Of a stretch of 64,000 bases of DNA, positions 31,992 through 43,948 are shown piece after piece; positions within the stretch are counted from its first letter, which is position 1, and every line of letters starts with the position of its first letter. The position numbers and the translations under genes were made by a program. The notes below the pieces were generated by a model. The model was not told where the DNA came from. It made no database searches and saw only the letters and a list, made by a program, of their open reading frames with translations. This stretch comes from a virus: the IMG/VR virus record IMGVR_UViG_3300032213_002070, positions 81,344-145,343 of that record; one strand, written 5' to 3'.

Positions 31992-33602
31992 TTATATCTC
32001 TATGTATAGGATTTCAAAATCGTATTTGTCTTTAATATCATCTGGAATATCTATACTGATGTTGACATCGGCTATGGGTACTCCACCTTGTAGTATATCA
32101 GGTGTGTAGGAATCAACAGTGATACTTATTTCCTTTGAGGCAGATATTACTTGATTTAATGTTATATCTCTTCTAACTGAATCGTAGTCAATATCTATTG
32201 ATCTAATTCTTTCTGATCCATCTATTCCGCTATGCATATGCTTTGTTATGTTAACACCGCCTATTTTAGCTTCGTTTTCTAGTAAGATATCTCCTGTAAT
32301 AGCTCCGCCTGATTTCATTAAGTATTGAGGATGGCTATCATCTCCAAGATCGTCTAATAAACCATGGCTTGAATTTAATGAATTAATATGAGAAGTATTA
32401 ACATAAATGCTAGATAATAATGCTGCGTAAGAATCACTTGTTTTAACAGCGGTTATTCTTTCTTTAGTTAAAGCTTTGTTGGAAAGTTGAAAAATATAGT
32501 TAGCGTACTTTCTTCTTTGTATTAGACTTTGAAGAATTACATCTATTTTTTGACTTGCGTTATTTTTTCTTTCCAGAAGATCAGTTAATATAGATTTAAA
32601 ATTTCCCTCAACTGATAATAACGCTATAGTTACTTCTTCTGCTAGTGTGGGCATTTCTGATTTCATTTGAGTTGTTTGGAAATCTAAAGAAAAATCTGAT
32701 ATAACTTTAGTTTTAAATCTTAAAGCTGGAGTTAAATATCTAGTGTAAAATACATTACAATTTGTTACAAGATCTTTATGAAGAGAATCTAATTGATTAT
32801 CTATAGAAACAGTTAATGAGTTTACTCTGATCGAAAAAAATGCTTGAAATTGAGCGGCTTGTTTTTTAGTTGCTTTATCCAATTCGGATTCTGATATACC
32901 GGTTGGCGACGTCGTGATTGCTTTGGCAAAGAGTTCCTTATAGTGGACTGCCATTTTTGCCCAGTATAAGAAGTATGTTGAAACTTGTTGTTGTGATTCA
33001 TCTTCATATTTATCTCCAAAATTCATACTAAGACAATTTTTGATGTTTTCAATTTCGTTTATTAAATATTTAATTATTTCTCTAAAATCATAAATATGTC
33101 CAAACGTAGAATTTGATATTAAATTATCATACTCTTTAACAAACTTTCGATGACCTCTAGTCACACAATCTTCTGCGTAAAGATATTGGTCAAAGCATAT
33201 GAATGGTGGTTTTGGATATTTTAGATCTCCAGGATATCCTTCTATTTCTATTGCTGGAAATGAAGATTGATTCTTATTTATTTCATCCCAAATATATGTA
33301 TGCGATTCTTCTAAGTTTGGGTTATTGAATGGATTTAAGTTTACTTGTCTTAATATATCTTCCAAATCTTTTAGAAAAACTGACAATGCATCTGATGCTT
33401 TATTAACTTCTTTTTTAACCTGATCTATAGGCATTGAGTATGTCTGGTCACTTCCGTAAGAAGTGCTTATGTTACTATACGCAGGAATTCCACTAGAGGC
33501 ATTTGCTGGATTTTCCAAAGCTGATAAAGCTGATGATTCACCTATCGAATAGTCATCAAAGATGCTTCCAGAAGAACTTGAACTAGTATTAATAATACTC
33601 AT
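31992..33602 (-). CDS. virion structural protein
   Basis: 536 aa directly after terminase; HG.L.DL.DD.HPQYL and H.H.G.DG motifs seen in tail proteins. Confidence 0.6.
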   Translation of the reverse strand: MSIINTSSSSSGSIFDDYSIGESSALSALENPANASSGIPAYSNISTSYGSDQTYSMPIDQVKKEVNKASDALSVFLKDLEDILRQVNLNPFNNPNLEESHTYIWDEINKNQSSFPAIEIEGYPGDLKYPKPPFICFDQYLYAEDCVTRGHRKFVKEYDNLISNSTFGHIYDFREIIKYLINEIENIKNCLSMNFGDKYEDESQQQVSTYFLYWAKMAVHYKELFAKAITTSPTGISESELDKATKKQAAQFQAFFSIRVNSLTVSIDNQLDSLHKDLVTNCNVFYTRYLTPALRFKTKVISDFSLDFQTTQMKSEMPTLAEEVTIALLSVEGNFKSILTDLLERKNNASQKIDVILQSLIQRRKYANYIFQLSNKALTKERITAVKTSDSYAALLSSIYVNTSHINSLNSSHGLLDDLGDDSHPQYLMKSGGAITGDILLENEAKIGGVNITKHMHSGIDGSERIRSIDIDYDSVRRDITLNQVISASKEISITVDSYTPDILQGGVPIADVNISIDIPDDIKDKYDFEILYIEI

Positions 33603-33609
33603 TGATTAC

Positions 33610-35472
33610 CTAAAACATTTTTCTAGAAACCCTTTTTGCGGGTCTCCCTTTTTTGAGACCTGGCATCAAGTCTGAGTTTCTCTTAGTGGTTACCATAATA
33701 CCACTTGCTGGTTTACTCTTGTCATCGTCGTCATCTATTTTGGTACCATTGGTCTTCGGCATGAAAAAAGTATTAGAAAAACTTTCTGTATTTCTAGCTA
33801 CTTTTAATTTACTAAAATCACCATAGTTTTGAGTAATAGCTAATAGCGCCAACATTAAAGCGTCATGCGCGTGGTCAACTGCTGAACCGCCGGCTTCAAA
33901 AACTGGTCTACCAGATTGAGTAGTTCTTACTACAACGTAAGATATTAATTGTAAATACATTTCTTCATCTGAAGCTGGAAATAGCAATTGTTCTTTTTCT
34001 AAGAATTGAGTAAGGTTATCAACCATATATGGCTTAATTTCCTTTTTAACTGGAAGCTTAGTATATGGATCACGAATTTCTATAGATTCTCCAAAACCAA
34101 TTCCTTTAACCCTATCACGCAAACTGGATCTAGGATTTTCTGTTCCGTATTTTCTAAGAAGCTCTACCTGTACTTCTCCATAACCACGGTCAACATAAAT
34201 ATGTTTAGGGCTAAAAGACTCATTTAATTCCACTATTCTATTTACAGCATTAGTGAGGGTATACTCAGACTTGGCTATTTCTTCTCGATATACAAGTCTT
34301 ACTTTACCTCTAAATCTTTCGTCTTCATACGTATCATTACAAGCTTCTAGTACAACGATATTTGTTCCTGCGCCGTATTTATCCCAGTCAACTCCTATTG
34401 TATAGAATGATCTAGCTGATTGTACTTCGGGTATATACGCCCAAGAAGGATCTATAAAAGCTTTATCTACATACTTTCTAGGGTATACACCTTCTGAGTC
34501 TTCTCCCCAGTCTGCTTCTATTTCATGTCGATATCCAGATTCTGAATATTGCTCTCTAAACTCATCTTCTTGATCTTTAGAAAAGAATGGGTTACAGTAT
34601 GATGGATACCAATACTCTGTAAATCTTTCTGACTTACACCATTCCCAAAATCTTTCTCTTCTTCCAGTCGGAGTAGATGCTCCAATTAAAACTTTGTCTG
34701 GTTGATCTTCGGCAGTTTTTTGCAACATCGCATACAAAGCGTCTAGGTCGTCTGCGTGCATGTAGTCCATTTCGTCTAACACGATGATGTGAGCTTCCTG
34801 ACCACGAGCAACGTCTGACTTGCCACCTGATCTCATACCAGAAGTAAAAAATCGAATAGTAGAGCCATTAGAAAATTCAATCATGAATTGAGGGCTTGTT
34901 ACTTTTCTAGTTACTGATCCAGATACAATTCCATTTTTAGCAGCTAAACGATTAATTTCCTGATATATAAGTTCTACTTGAGTTTTCATAGGCGCAATAA
35001 CTAAACATCTACCGTCTCTATGTGTGTAACTATAATGTAGTAAGTAGATTGCCATTGTATATGTTTTACCTAAACGACGACCAGCTCTTAATACTTTTCG
35101 TAAAGAAGGATCTCTAAGAATTATAGTTTGATAAACTCTTGTTTCAGCTCCAAGAAAATGCTTAGCCCATCTACAAGGATCTTTAGCTATATGTATTTGT
35201 CTTTGTTGTTCTGCTGAAATGCCGGCATTTAATAAATCATTATTTACCTCAAATGGTTCGTCAACCAATAATGCTAATTCTCTATTGGTAAAATTTCTAC
35301 CAATGATAGGAGATCCATCAGCCCAATTTAAATGTTTTAGTTTATTCTTAAATACCCATTCAATTCTATTTATTTGTTTAGTATATTCTGGATCTTGGGC
35401 GTTAATGATCTCAAGTAAATCTTCTCTAGAAAGAGCTTCTAATTGTTTTCTAAATTCTTTAGTATTATCCAT
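33610..35472 (-). CDS. terL: terminase large subunit
   Basis: YQ motif, Walker A AGRRLGKT, Walker B IIVLDE, coupling ASTP, RNase H-like GVDW, DH..DA. Confidence 0.93.
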   Translation of the reverse strand: MDNTKEFRKQLEALSREDLLEIINAQDPEYTKQINRIEWVFKNKLKHLNWADGSPIIGRNFTNRELALLVDEPFEVNNDLLNAGISAEQQRQIHIAKDPCRWAKHFLGAETRVYQTIILRDPSLRKVLRAGRRLGKTYTMAIYLLHYSYTHRDGRCLVIAPMKTQVELIYQEINRLAAKNGIVSGSVTRKVTSPQFMIEFSNGSTIRFFTSGMRSGGKSDVARGQEAHIIVLDEMDYMHADDLDALYAMLQKTAEDQPDKVLIGASTPTGRRERFWEWCKSERFTEYWYPSYCNPFFSKDQEDEFREQYSESGYRHEIEADWGEDSEGVYPRKYVDKAFIDPSWAYIPEVQSARSFYTIGVDWDKYGAGTNIVVLEACNDTYEDERFRGKVRLVYREEIAKSEYTLTNAVNRIVELNESFSPKHIYVDRGYGEVQVELLRKYGTENPRSSLRDRVKGIGFGESIEIRDPYTKLPVKKEIKPYMVDNLTQFLEKEQLLFPASDEEMYLQLISYVVVRTTQSGRPVFEAGGSAVDHAHDALMLALLAITQNYGDFSKLKVARNTESFSNTFFMPKTNGTKIDDDDDKSKPASGIMVTTKRNSDLMPGLKKGRPAKRVSRKMF

Positions 35473-37130
35473 AGTGTGCTGCCATCATAGCACCTTCGCT
35501 ACCTAATAATGATCTAGCGTTTAATCTACTGTTTTGAATAGCCATAACTCCTCTAGCTCTTGATGTTGCAGCTGTTTCGTTATCTTTGAATGTTCCAAAC
35601 ATTCCGCCTCTCATATTACCCTGCATGGATTTCATAGCATCTTTTCCTAGATTAATAGCACCTTTTATAGCATGCCCGCCAAGTTTTCCTAATTGATAAG
35701 CCATGTCTGCTGCAAATATTAAGTTAACACCAGGTATTGCCGCCAATGCCGCTTCTCCAGCTACCGCTAAACCAACTCGAGATCCACCTTTAACGGCTGC
35801 AGTCATGGCTCCTTTTGCTCCAAGTGTTTTTATTATACCCTTTTCAACAGTTTCCACTGCTAATGACTCGTAACCTGAAATAGCACTCATTCTTAATCCT
35901 GCACTTGCCGCTTTTGTGCGTAAAGCTCCACTTTTTTCAAATGCACTAGTTAATGGATTTGCAATCTTAAAAAATGAATCTGTCATTTGCATTGTTTCCA
36001 TACCAAATGTTCTCATTCCTGCGGTCCCCATAGCAGTGCGCATTTCTGCTCCGCCACCAGATGTTAGTATTCCACGAGCAAATGATCTACTGTACTTACC
36101 TGCTATACCTTCAACTGTTGCGTACCTTCTCATTCCAGCAGTAACAGCTGCTGCACCTTCTTCTCCGGCTAGAGATCTGTAAGCTCCTGTTGCTCCAGTT
36201 TTACCAGCTGCTCTACCAGCTGCTAATCTTTCAGCTGGTGTAGTGCCGCCCATTCCAACTAACATTCCTGTATCAGCTCCGTAAGGCAGCATCTGACATA
36301 GCGGCTAATGGATTATTCATTCTTAAAACTCTGGCGTTAACCGTGTCTGCGCGGGCTAATGCTCGTCCTGACATTCTTCCAGTTTCCATTTTTCTAATTG
36401 CACCAAGTCTACCAATAACACCACCACTTAAATAAGACACATGTTGCGCTTCTTGCTTACCAATTGCTTTGGCGCCAAAATTCATCAATTGGTTTGACAT
36501 GCCGCCAATAAACCCAGCTCCACCATGTGGTGCATAAAATCCTGCTTCATGTGGACCAAATACTGAAGCGCTGTGAAATCTACCAAAGGCACTTGTATTT
36601 GCTGTAATGTTATTTTTTCTAAAACCTTTAAACATTCCAACTTTATATGTATTGTGTGCTTTTACTGCTTCTCCACCAAATGCAAGACTTCTTTCCGCTG
36701 CGCTTGCAGCATGAGCTCCTTCTTGATATCTACCAAGTTTAAAAGTTTTTTGTATTTTGTTAGCAACTCTACCTTGCCCCGATGCAGCTTTTGCTTCGGC
36801 CATTTTAGTGCCTCTACGAGTAGTTTTACCAAGAATATTGGTACCGCCAACAAATTGTCTGCCATCACCCATTGCTTCTGGAACCATTGACCCACGACGG
36901 AATGGTCTAAATTTAGCTGCGCCACGTGTCATTACTCTTCTGTCGTCTAAAAAACCACCACGCAAAAAAGTATTTTGATATCTATAATTATTCCAACCAG
37001 CTACTAAGGGAATTTTTCCAACTGTTTCTGTAACAGCCTGGGTCATACCCATAGTTGTCCCAAGTGCTCCCGATGATTGACCAATATCTTGGCCAAGAAC
37101 ACCATATTGACCAGTATTCATTACAGCCAT
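35465..37130 (-). CDS. Gly/Ala/Met-rich internal virion/ejection-like protein (~554 aa); +1 shift at CGGA 36278-36281
   Basis: 36273..37130 ends DAAL-CGG-AGC-TGA; the +1 frame (GADTGMLVG) is 35465..36292, with the same composition. Confidence 0.75.
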
Positions 37131-37702
37131 TAGCCACGTCTCCTATTATGCATTCCGAGAACTACATCTCCAGATGCGCTTAACTGATTTGCTGTTTGAG
37201 TTGAAGTATTTCTTTGGTCTGTCCATGGGATATATTCCATAGTTTTTCTATCTAATCTCCTATTACCAGAATAAGGAGAAGACATCATAAAATCTTTATT
37301 TCTATTAATATAACCTTTTCCTGCAGCGGCTGGTAATCCAATACCTCCAGCTATACCACCAATCATTGCACCCCTAATACCATGACCAAACATGCCACCT
37401 ATTCCACCACCAATTGCTGCACCGGCTAGTGCGCCAACTCCACCAAGTGCCATTGTTGCTGTTCCAGATTTGCCACCTGGAATCATTGCATCTGCTACTA
37501 CACCTGGGCTTAATTTTCTACCAGTAAAATACTTGTCGGCATCAGGGTCGCCAAAAGCTACGTCCATTGCCGCATCTCGAGCTGCGGGAGCTGCATGTTT
37601 AGCCATGCCGGCCATAAAAGCGCCACCAATTATAAGGCTTGCACCAGTTCTACTAGTTGCACCTTTATAAATTGATTTACCTAATCCGCTCATTAAACTC
37701 AT
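37130..37702 (-). CDS. Gly-rich protein with glycine-zipper segment (ejection/pilot-like)
   Basis: GxxxG repeats; AGGAG RBS. Confidence 0.65.
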   Translation of the reverse strand: MSLMSGLGKSIYKGATSRTGASLIIGGAFMAGMAKHAAPAARDAAMDVAFGDPDADKYFTGRKLSPGVVADAMIPGGKSGTATMALGGVGALAGAAIGGGIGGMFGHGIRGAMIGGIAGGIGLPAAAGKGYINRNKDFMMSSPYSGNRRLDRKTMEYIPWTDQRNTSTQTANQLSASGDVVLGMHNRRRG

Positions 37703-37712
37703 TTTTTAACTC

Positions 37713-40700
37713 CTATAAAAGGTGATAAGCTGCCGTTTTAAACAAGTTTCCATGTTTATTCGGACCCATCTTTGTATGTCCAACTTTATTTCTATCTAAA
37801 TTACCAACAACCCCTGCGGTTGCCATTGGATTTCGTGTAGAACTTTTTCTGCCATTCATCATTGCTTCCTGTATCCCATATGGTCTTTGACCTTGTTCAA
37901 CAGGTTGTGCTTCTATAGTACTTTCATAAAGGTCATTTTCGTTTTTTTTCTTTGCCATTTTATAACCAACGCCTGCTGCGGCTGCGGCTGCTAATGTAAA
38001 ATAAGCTGTTTTTTTATTTTTTCTAAGAAAATTTGCACCTTGTTCAATAAATTTAGTTGATACATTTTCAGCTTCTTTTCCAACGTTTTTGCCTACTTGC
38101 TGTTGAACTCTCGGTAAATTCTTAACATCTCCAGCCAATGAATGAAACCCTTCCATTGCCCTTAGTTCTTCTTCGTGCAACTTTAAGTGAATGGATTCTA
38201 CACTTTCACCAACATATTTTGCTTCTAAAACTGAGTCATTGTAAGTTGGACCATATTGAGCTCCTATAACCGATTCATCATCTTTCATTACTCCAGTCAT
38301 TCTAGAAAAGTTGCTTTGTGATTGAGTATCTATTTCTTTATTTCCAATTAAAAATTCTTCATTATTATCAAGAATTTGATTAGTGTTACCTATTGTTGTA
38401 CCTGATTCTGTAAGAATATCTTTATGGGCAAAAGCTGATATTCCACCTTGCTCTATAGATTCAGCTATATGCTGTACTTGTCTATCATATTTTGCAACAT
38501 AAAATTCTTCATGCAGATTATTTTCTTTAGCTAAATTTTTTAAATAATTTCTTTTTTCTTCTCTACTCTCTATTCTAGCTAATTCATATAATTTATCTTT
38601 AGCTCCAATAGAGTCATACGATGGAGCCTTTTCACCTTTTGATGGATTAAATATAGAATTTGCTAATTCCTGAATTTCAGATCTAGATTTAGGAGCAACG
38701 TATCCTTTTTCTGCTCCTTCAGCCAATCTCATTCGTTGTGATTGGAGTTCAAGTACCTGTTCTGCTAAATCTGTATATTGTGTTTTTCCTAATCCAGTTG
38801 GAGTCCAATATTTATTAATGATAGAAAAATTTGAATCTTTTACTGGAGAATCTATGAATCTATTAAATTGACTTTTTATAAATTCTTCTCCACCAAATTG
38901 AACTGCTTCACCACCAGCAGTTGGTATTTTCAACTTCATAATGTCTGCGGCGTTCATAATAATTCTTTCAGAACTAGCCGTCATGTCAGCAACTGGTGTT
39001 CTAAAATAAGAATTTTTTGATAGTTTTACGGCATCACTTCTTCCAGCTGGAATTATCGATGCTCCAAATATATCTTCTCTACCTTGAGCAACGGCGTGAC
39101 TGATCCCTAACTCACTAAGTGTAGATAAAACATTTTCACTTGCTAATGCTGAATGAGCTGTTCTTACTCCAGCTTCAGTACCAGTTGCCCTTGATGATGT
39201 TTCGTATATAATTTTTCCAATATCACTAGTTGCCCTAGCTTGATTAACTGCAGCTAATCTCATTCTTGGATCTAAATCTGCAAATGGTAGACCTCTGTTA
39301 AATACAGTTTCAGAAAAAGCTGTAGTTTCTTCTACTCCACCTAATTTTGTTCCCACTAAAGGAACTCTAAATGATCCATTTTCTTGACCATAATATCCAC
39401 TTGATGTGGATAGCGTATCTGCTAATTCTTCTGCTTTAGTACTAATTGAAGGTGCAGGCATTGATCCTTGTACTCTTTGAGCTTCTTTCATTCTATCTAT
39501 AGAGGTAGCTTCAATTTGCAAAAGCTTTGGTGGTCTTACTGCTTCGTAATAAGGATTAACTGCAAGATTAATACCTTTAGCTTCTTCTCCTACTGGAATT
39601 ACATCTTTTAATGCATCGTCTATTTCTTGACCTTTTCTAGCGTGATCTAAAACATGTTGTATTATTTCTTTAGCTCTACCTTGCTCAAGTTCTATTTTTT
39701 CACCAAATGCCCTATCTTGAAAAACAAAACTATTTTTAGATTTAGAATATCTAATTCCTGCACCGGGTTTGAAATCTGGTTTATATCCTGAAGGTAATTT
39801 AGCTCCTTCAAAAACATCAAGACCAGCAGTATTTAACCTACCAACTAACCCTTCATCTAAGGCAATTGATACTCTCTTATTTCCAGCTTCAGTATCTTTT
39901 AAGAATCCAAATACATTTTCAGATACCCTACTAATATCACTAATGTTTGTTACGGGAGTTGCAGCGCTACTTCGTGCAATTCTTCTTCTAATAGCTGATT
40001 CAAATGCTGACATTTTATTATCACTTCGAAAAAACCCTGCTGTTTTTAATTCTTCTTCTAATTGTACACGTTTATCAAACCATTCAGCTGCCGCTTCAGC
40101 ACTCATTCTTCCAGGTGGTTTACCGGGCGTTGGCATTCTTTGCATTTGAAGTTTTCCAGTTTGCATATATTGACTTATATATGTGTTTAGTGCGGCATCA
40201 ACATCAGCTGTGTGTGCGCCTTTTGTGCTTAATGCTTCTATGATAAATTTATTTTCTTCAGGATTATCACTAATTGTATCTTCTAAGAGTTGAATAAAAT
40301 TAGTATTTAAAAATAAATTTTCTAATGATTCTGGACCTTTTGCTCCTTCAAATATTTCTGGAGCAATAGAAAATACACCTAAAGATTCATTGATTGTAGA
40401 TTCACTTAGTCCTTGCTTTTTTAATATTCCTGCTAACTTTTCTCTTTGTGCAGTCATGTAAATGTTAGCACTATTTAACGTATCGGTCATAAATGCTTCT
40501 TCGTTACCAAATACTTTTACGGAATCTGCGTTTTGCCTTCTATTTAATACTTCAGTAAACATTGAGTTTGCTTCTGAATCTTTTCCATAAGCTTTAAGTC
40601 TAGTCATTGTTTGGGTAATCATGTCTAAGTCGAAAGCTTCAAGGTTGTGACCTTGTAATCGATGATAAACATATTTACCATCAGAACCTTTCTTTAAAAT

Positions 40701-41808
40701 TGTCGCATTTAACAAATCTTTAAATTCATTCAATGCTGCTTGTCCATCATTTTCCAAAAAATCTTTTATTCCCTCTAAACGAGGATCACTCGGATCAGTT
40801 ATTCCCATTTCACTCATTATTGTAGACATAGATAATGGAGATGAACCATCTTTATCTAAAGAACCAGCCATATTCATTAATCTTGAATTAAATCTTCTTG
40901 AAGCTACTGGAGTTACTCCAGAAAATTTCATAATGCCTTCTGGAGTAACTTCCACTGTTTGTTCCACAAAAGATAAATCTCTAATTTCAGCTTGGGCAGT
41001 TAGGCCAGTAGATTCACTGTCTGCTGTTAAAATTTTATAAGTTCTGCCTCTATCAAATGCCAAGTGATTAAGACCAGAATCATTTATGTCCCTAATGGAA
41101 CCATCAGGATTAAATGAAAAATATTTTTTACTTCTTTCGTACAATCTAGCATCTGAAAATTCATTTGAGGATCTATTTTTGCCAACACTTATATCTTTTA
41201 ATCCTCTTGCTGTATTTGAAATATTATAACTAGTTTGAGCTATCCTCATTAAAGCGGGATGTATTCCGCTCTCCTTCTTTAAGTCCAGCTGTAAGATCTA
41301 CTCTATATCTCATCTGTGAGCGAAATGGATTATCCGATGGAAATAATAAACTTGGCATTCCTATCTGTTCTATTATGCTTTCTTTTCTCAAAAGCAGATC
41401 TTCCACTTCTTTAAAAATTTCTTTAGATTTATGACGAGGAAGTAAACTAAAATCTATATTTTGCCTATGGATAACATGTTGAATTAAGTTTTCAAAATTA
41501 CCTTGAGATACAGCGTTTTTAAATAATTCACTTTCACGAATTGAACTTAATGCCGGATCTTGTATTCCGGAAAATAATTCCGTACGGTATTTATTTTGGA
41601 TATACTGAAGAGCGCTAATATATGCTTCTGGTGATCCAACTTCCGTTGTTGTACCTTCTATAAAGCTACCGGGAATAGTGCTTCTATATAAACCAGAAGT
41701 TATTGGTGTACTTTGTACTTTTGCGGTAGTTTGATTTTCAAAAAAAATATTTGAAAATTTATCAATTATCTCTCTATATGATTGTTTATTCTTTGCCATT
41801 ATTTGCAT
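37713..41808 (-). CDS. large (~1360 aa) protein with DEDDh exonuclease-like motifs; +1 shift at CGGA 41265-41268
   Basis: 41230..41808 reads EGE-CGG-A; the +1 frame (GIHPALMRIAQ) joins 37713..41249; ADSESTG, GHNLEAFD, HTADVD. Confidence 0.72.
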
Positions 41809-42523
41809 CTTCTGAAGCCTCAGAAGCTTCTATATAATCATCTACTTGATACGTACCAAGTTTTTTCCTTACAAGTTTTGCATTTTGTATTTCAATATTT
41901 TGAACTTTATGAATAATTTCAGATATAGCTTGTGCGGTATCAAGTTGAGTTTGCCCAGTCTTAGCCCTAGCTTCTCTAGTAGCCAACAACTGATTGCGTA
42001 AATCTTTTCTTCTTTTGTGTAATCTATCTTCAAGTTCTACAGCAAGGTGTAATTCTTTTTTGAGAATTGGTTCACCATCTTTATCAATTCCTATAATGTT
42101 TTCTTGAATAAAATGTTCTTTAGCAAGTAGTTTTGTTTTGCGTAAATATTGAACTTCTTGATCTACTAAATCTCTTACCATAGAGACTTCTACTAAATTA
42201 TCAGGACTTACGTCTAATTGTTCCATGTATTCACCAGTAAATTGAGATACCATTGCCATCTCTATGGGACAAGCTTTTCCCTTAGGGGCAAGATTCTGTT
42301 GATACAATGGGCATGTCTCAGCAAAAATGCATCGGGATGCTTCGCATCTCATTGGTATAGATGAAAACATTGAAGTTCTTGTTTTTTGAGGTTTAACTAA
42401 TTCAACAGCTTTGGCTCTTTGATCATCAGTCCATTCTTCTGGAAAAAATAAATCAGGGCGCAGCGATTCAAATTTATCCATAAATGAATTCTTATCTTCA
42501 AATCTTTCTACGTTACCTTCCAT
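41786..42523 (-). CDS. hypothetical protein with Cys cluster and coiled coil
   Basis: 245 aa; C....C....CP...CP.E; could be a small terminase, unproven. Confidence 0.6.
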   Translation of the reverse strand: MEGNVERFEDKNSFMDKFESLRPDLFFPEEWTDDQRAKAVELVKPQKTRTSMFSSIPMRCEASRCIFAETCPLYQQNLAPKGKACPIEMAMVSQFTGEYMEQLDVSPDNLVEVSMVRDLVDQEVQYLRKTKLLAKEHFIQENIIGIDKDGEPILKKELHLAVELEDRLHKRRKDLRNQLLATREARAKTGQTQLDTAQAISEIIHKVQNIEIQNAKLVRKKLGTYQVDDYIEASEASEDANNGKE

Positions 42524-42690
42524 TAAAATCTATCCATTCTGATTTAACTAAACCGTCTTGAGCATAAGAATTAATTACACAGCTTTTACATCCGGGGACA
42601 ATAATATTCCTGAATATGGATTACTTCCTGTTGTTGTACTACTTCTTCATAAACAAAATTTAGATCGTGATTACATCTGTCGCATTTCAT
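42513..42690 (-). CDS. zinc-ribbon protein (58 aa); +1 shift at CGGA 42591-42594
   Basis: MKCDRC...YYCP-CGG-ATG-TAA; the +1 frame gives CPGCKSCV...FNGR*, completing CxxC...CxxC. Confidence 0.75.
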
Positions 42691-42693
42691 TGT

Positions 42694-43116
42694 TTATATT
42701 TCCGATAATGCTTTCATTAAACTTTTTTGCAGTTTTTCAGCAATCTCTACACTTTGTGCTGCATTAATAAATGTACTTATTTCGCTCATTTGATCAGGAG
42801 TTAATGTTGAACTAATAATAAATCTTGCGCCTTTACAAACGTCACAGTATACATCTTTATTATCTTGTTTAGACATTATGCAAGAACATTGTTCAATGAT
42901 TCCAAAAAATTCTAAAGCTTGAGCTAAATCAAACCATTTATTCTTAAATAGTTTTTTTGTTTGTTCTTTATAAGCTCTTAGTTTATATGGATCATCTGAA
43001 AGTAACGTCCCCATATCTAAAGCTTGTTTCATTAAATCATTTATTGTTTTATATAAAAAATTTGGCAGTTCAAAATCACCATTTACATTTATAAAACTTT
43101 TCCAATCACTCATCAC
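42694..43116 (-). CDS. hypothetical zinc-finger protein
   Basis: CSC...CDVCKG; AGGAG RBS. Confidence 0.7.
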   Translation of the reverse strand: MMSDWKSFINVNGDFELPNFLYKTINDLMKQALDMGTLLSDDPYKLRAYKEQTKKLFKNKWFDLAQALEFFGIIEQCSCIMSKQDNKDVYCDVCKGARFIISSTLTPDQMSEISTFINAAQSVEIAEKLQKSLMKALSEI

Positions 43117-43159
43117 ATCTCCTAAAGTTAAACCAAAACATTAATTATATCACATTATT

Positions 43160-43354
43160 TTACATATTCATCATTCCGGTAGGACCAGCCATACCACCAG
43201 TTGACCTTGGGTTAAGACCATTGGAACCAGAAGATCTACCCCTTATTTTATTTGCAGCATACATTGCGCCCATGCCAACACTTGCACCCAGTGCAAATTT
43301 ACCTCTTCTAGTTGCCGGCATTTTAGCTAATCCTGATATGTTGGGCATGCGCAT
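43160..43354 (-). CDS. small basic Gly/Met-rich protein
   Basis: AAGGA RBS; composition matches neighbours. Confidence 0.65.
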   Translation of the reverse strand: MRMPNISGLAKMPATRRGKFALGASVGMGAMYAANKIRGRSSGSNGLNPRSTGGMAGPTGMMNM

Positions 43355-43386
43355 TTTATAATCCTTTTTACATTAAAACAATAATT

Positions 43387-43626
43387 TTACATTATTGGTC
43401 TATTTTGACTTCCTTTATGATGACGATAAGCTCCATATCCTAATGCTGCTCCTGCGCCCATTGCCATACCAGGGTGTCTAGCCATGGCACCTATACTTTT
43501 ACCTACTAAGCCACCACCGCGCCCGGCAGCGTAACTTTCCATGCCTGTTCGAACTAATCCACCAGTACTTCTAGCTTTACCTGCAACGCTTTTAGTTGCG
43601 CCTAGTGATCTTCCAATAATCCCCAT
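43387..43626 (-). CDS. small basic Gly-rich protein (paralog family)
   Basis: MARHP...GSQNRPIM. Confidence 0.75.
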   Translation of the reverse strand: MGIIGRSLGATKSVAGKARSTGGLVRTGMESYAAGRGGGLVGKSIGAMARHPGMAMGAGAALGYGAYRHHKGSQNRPIM

Positions 43627-43635
43627 AAATTACTC

Positions 43636-43938
43636 CTAATACATTGGGTAGTTTTTACTACCCTTCTTACGCATGTGTCTAATGCCCATTGCTCCAGCAA
43701 CACCGGCAGCCGCTGCTCCAGTTCTTCTTGGATAATTAGCCATTATTTGCATTGCTGTTCCAGCTCTTTGTCTTATGGTTCCGCTTTTAGTAACACCAGA
43801 CATTGCCCCAATTATTGGCCCTTCTCCTCCATGAATTCTACGTGCTGCCTTACCTAAGCCGCCAGATATACTTTTAGCTATTGAACCTTCCCTAGCAAAA
43901 GCTTTTGCGCCACTAGATATTCCCGATGTTATTCCCAT
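43636..43938 (-). CDS. small basic Gly-rich protein (paralog family)
   Basis: MANYPRR...HMRKKGSKNYPMY. Confidence 0.75.
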   Translation of the reverse strand: MGITSGISSGAKAFAREGSIAKSISGGLGKAARRIHGGEGPIIGAMSGVTKSGTIRQRAGTAMQIMANYPRRTGAAAAGVAGAMGIRHMRKKGSKNYPMY

Positions 43939-43948
43939 ATATTAACCT

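Noticed and set aside
37731-37735. Additional CGG shift near the end of the large protein
   Set aside because: CGG is out of frame here (ACG GCA) and the ORF ends normally.
42558-42767. 69-aa plus-strand ORF
   Set aside because: Antisense to the recoded zinc-ribbon gene and its upstream neighbour.
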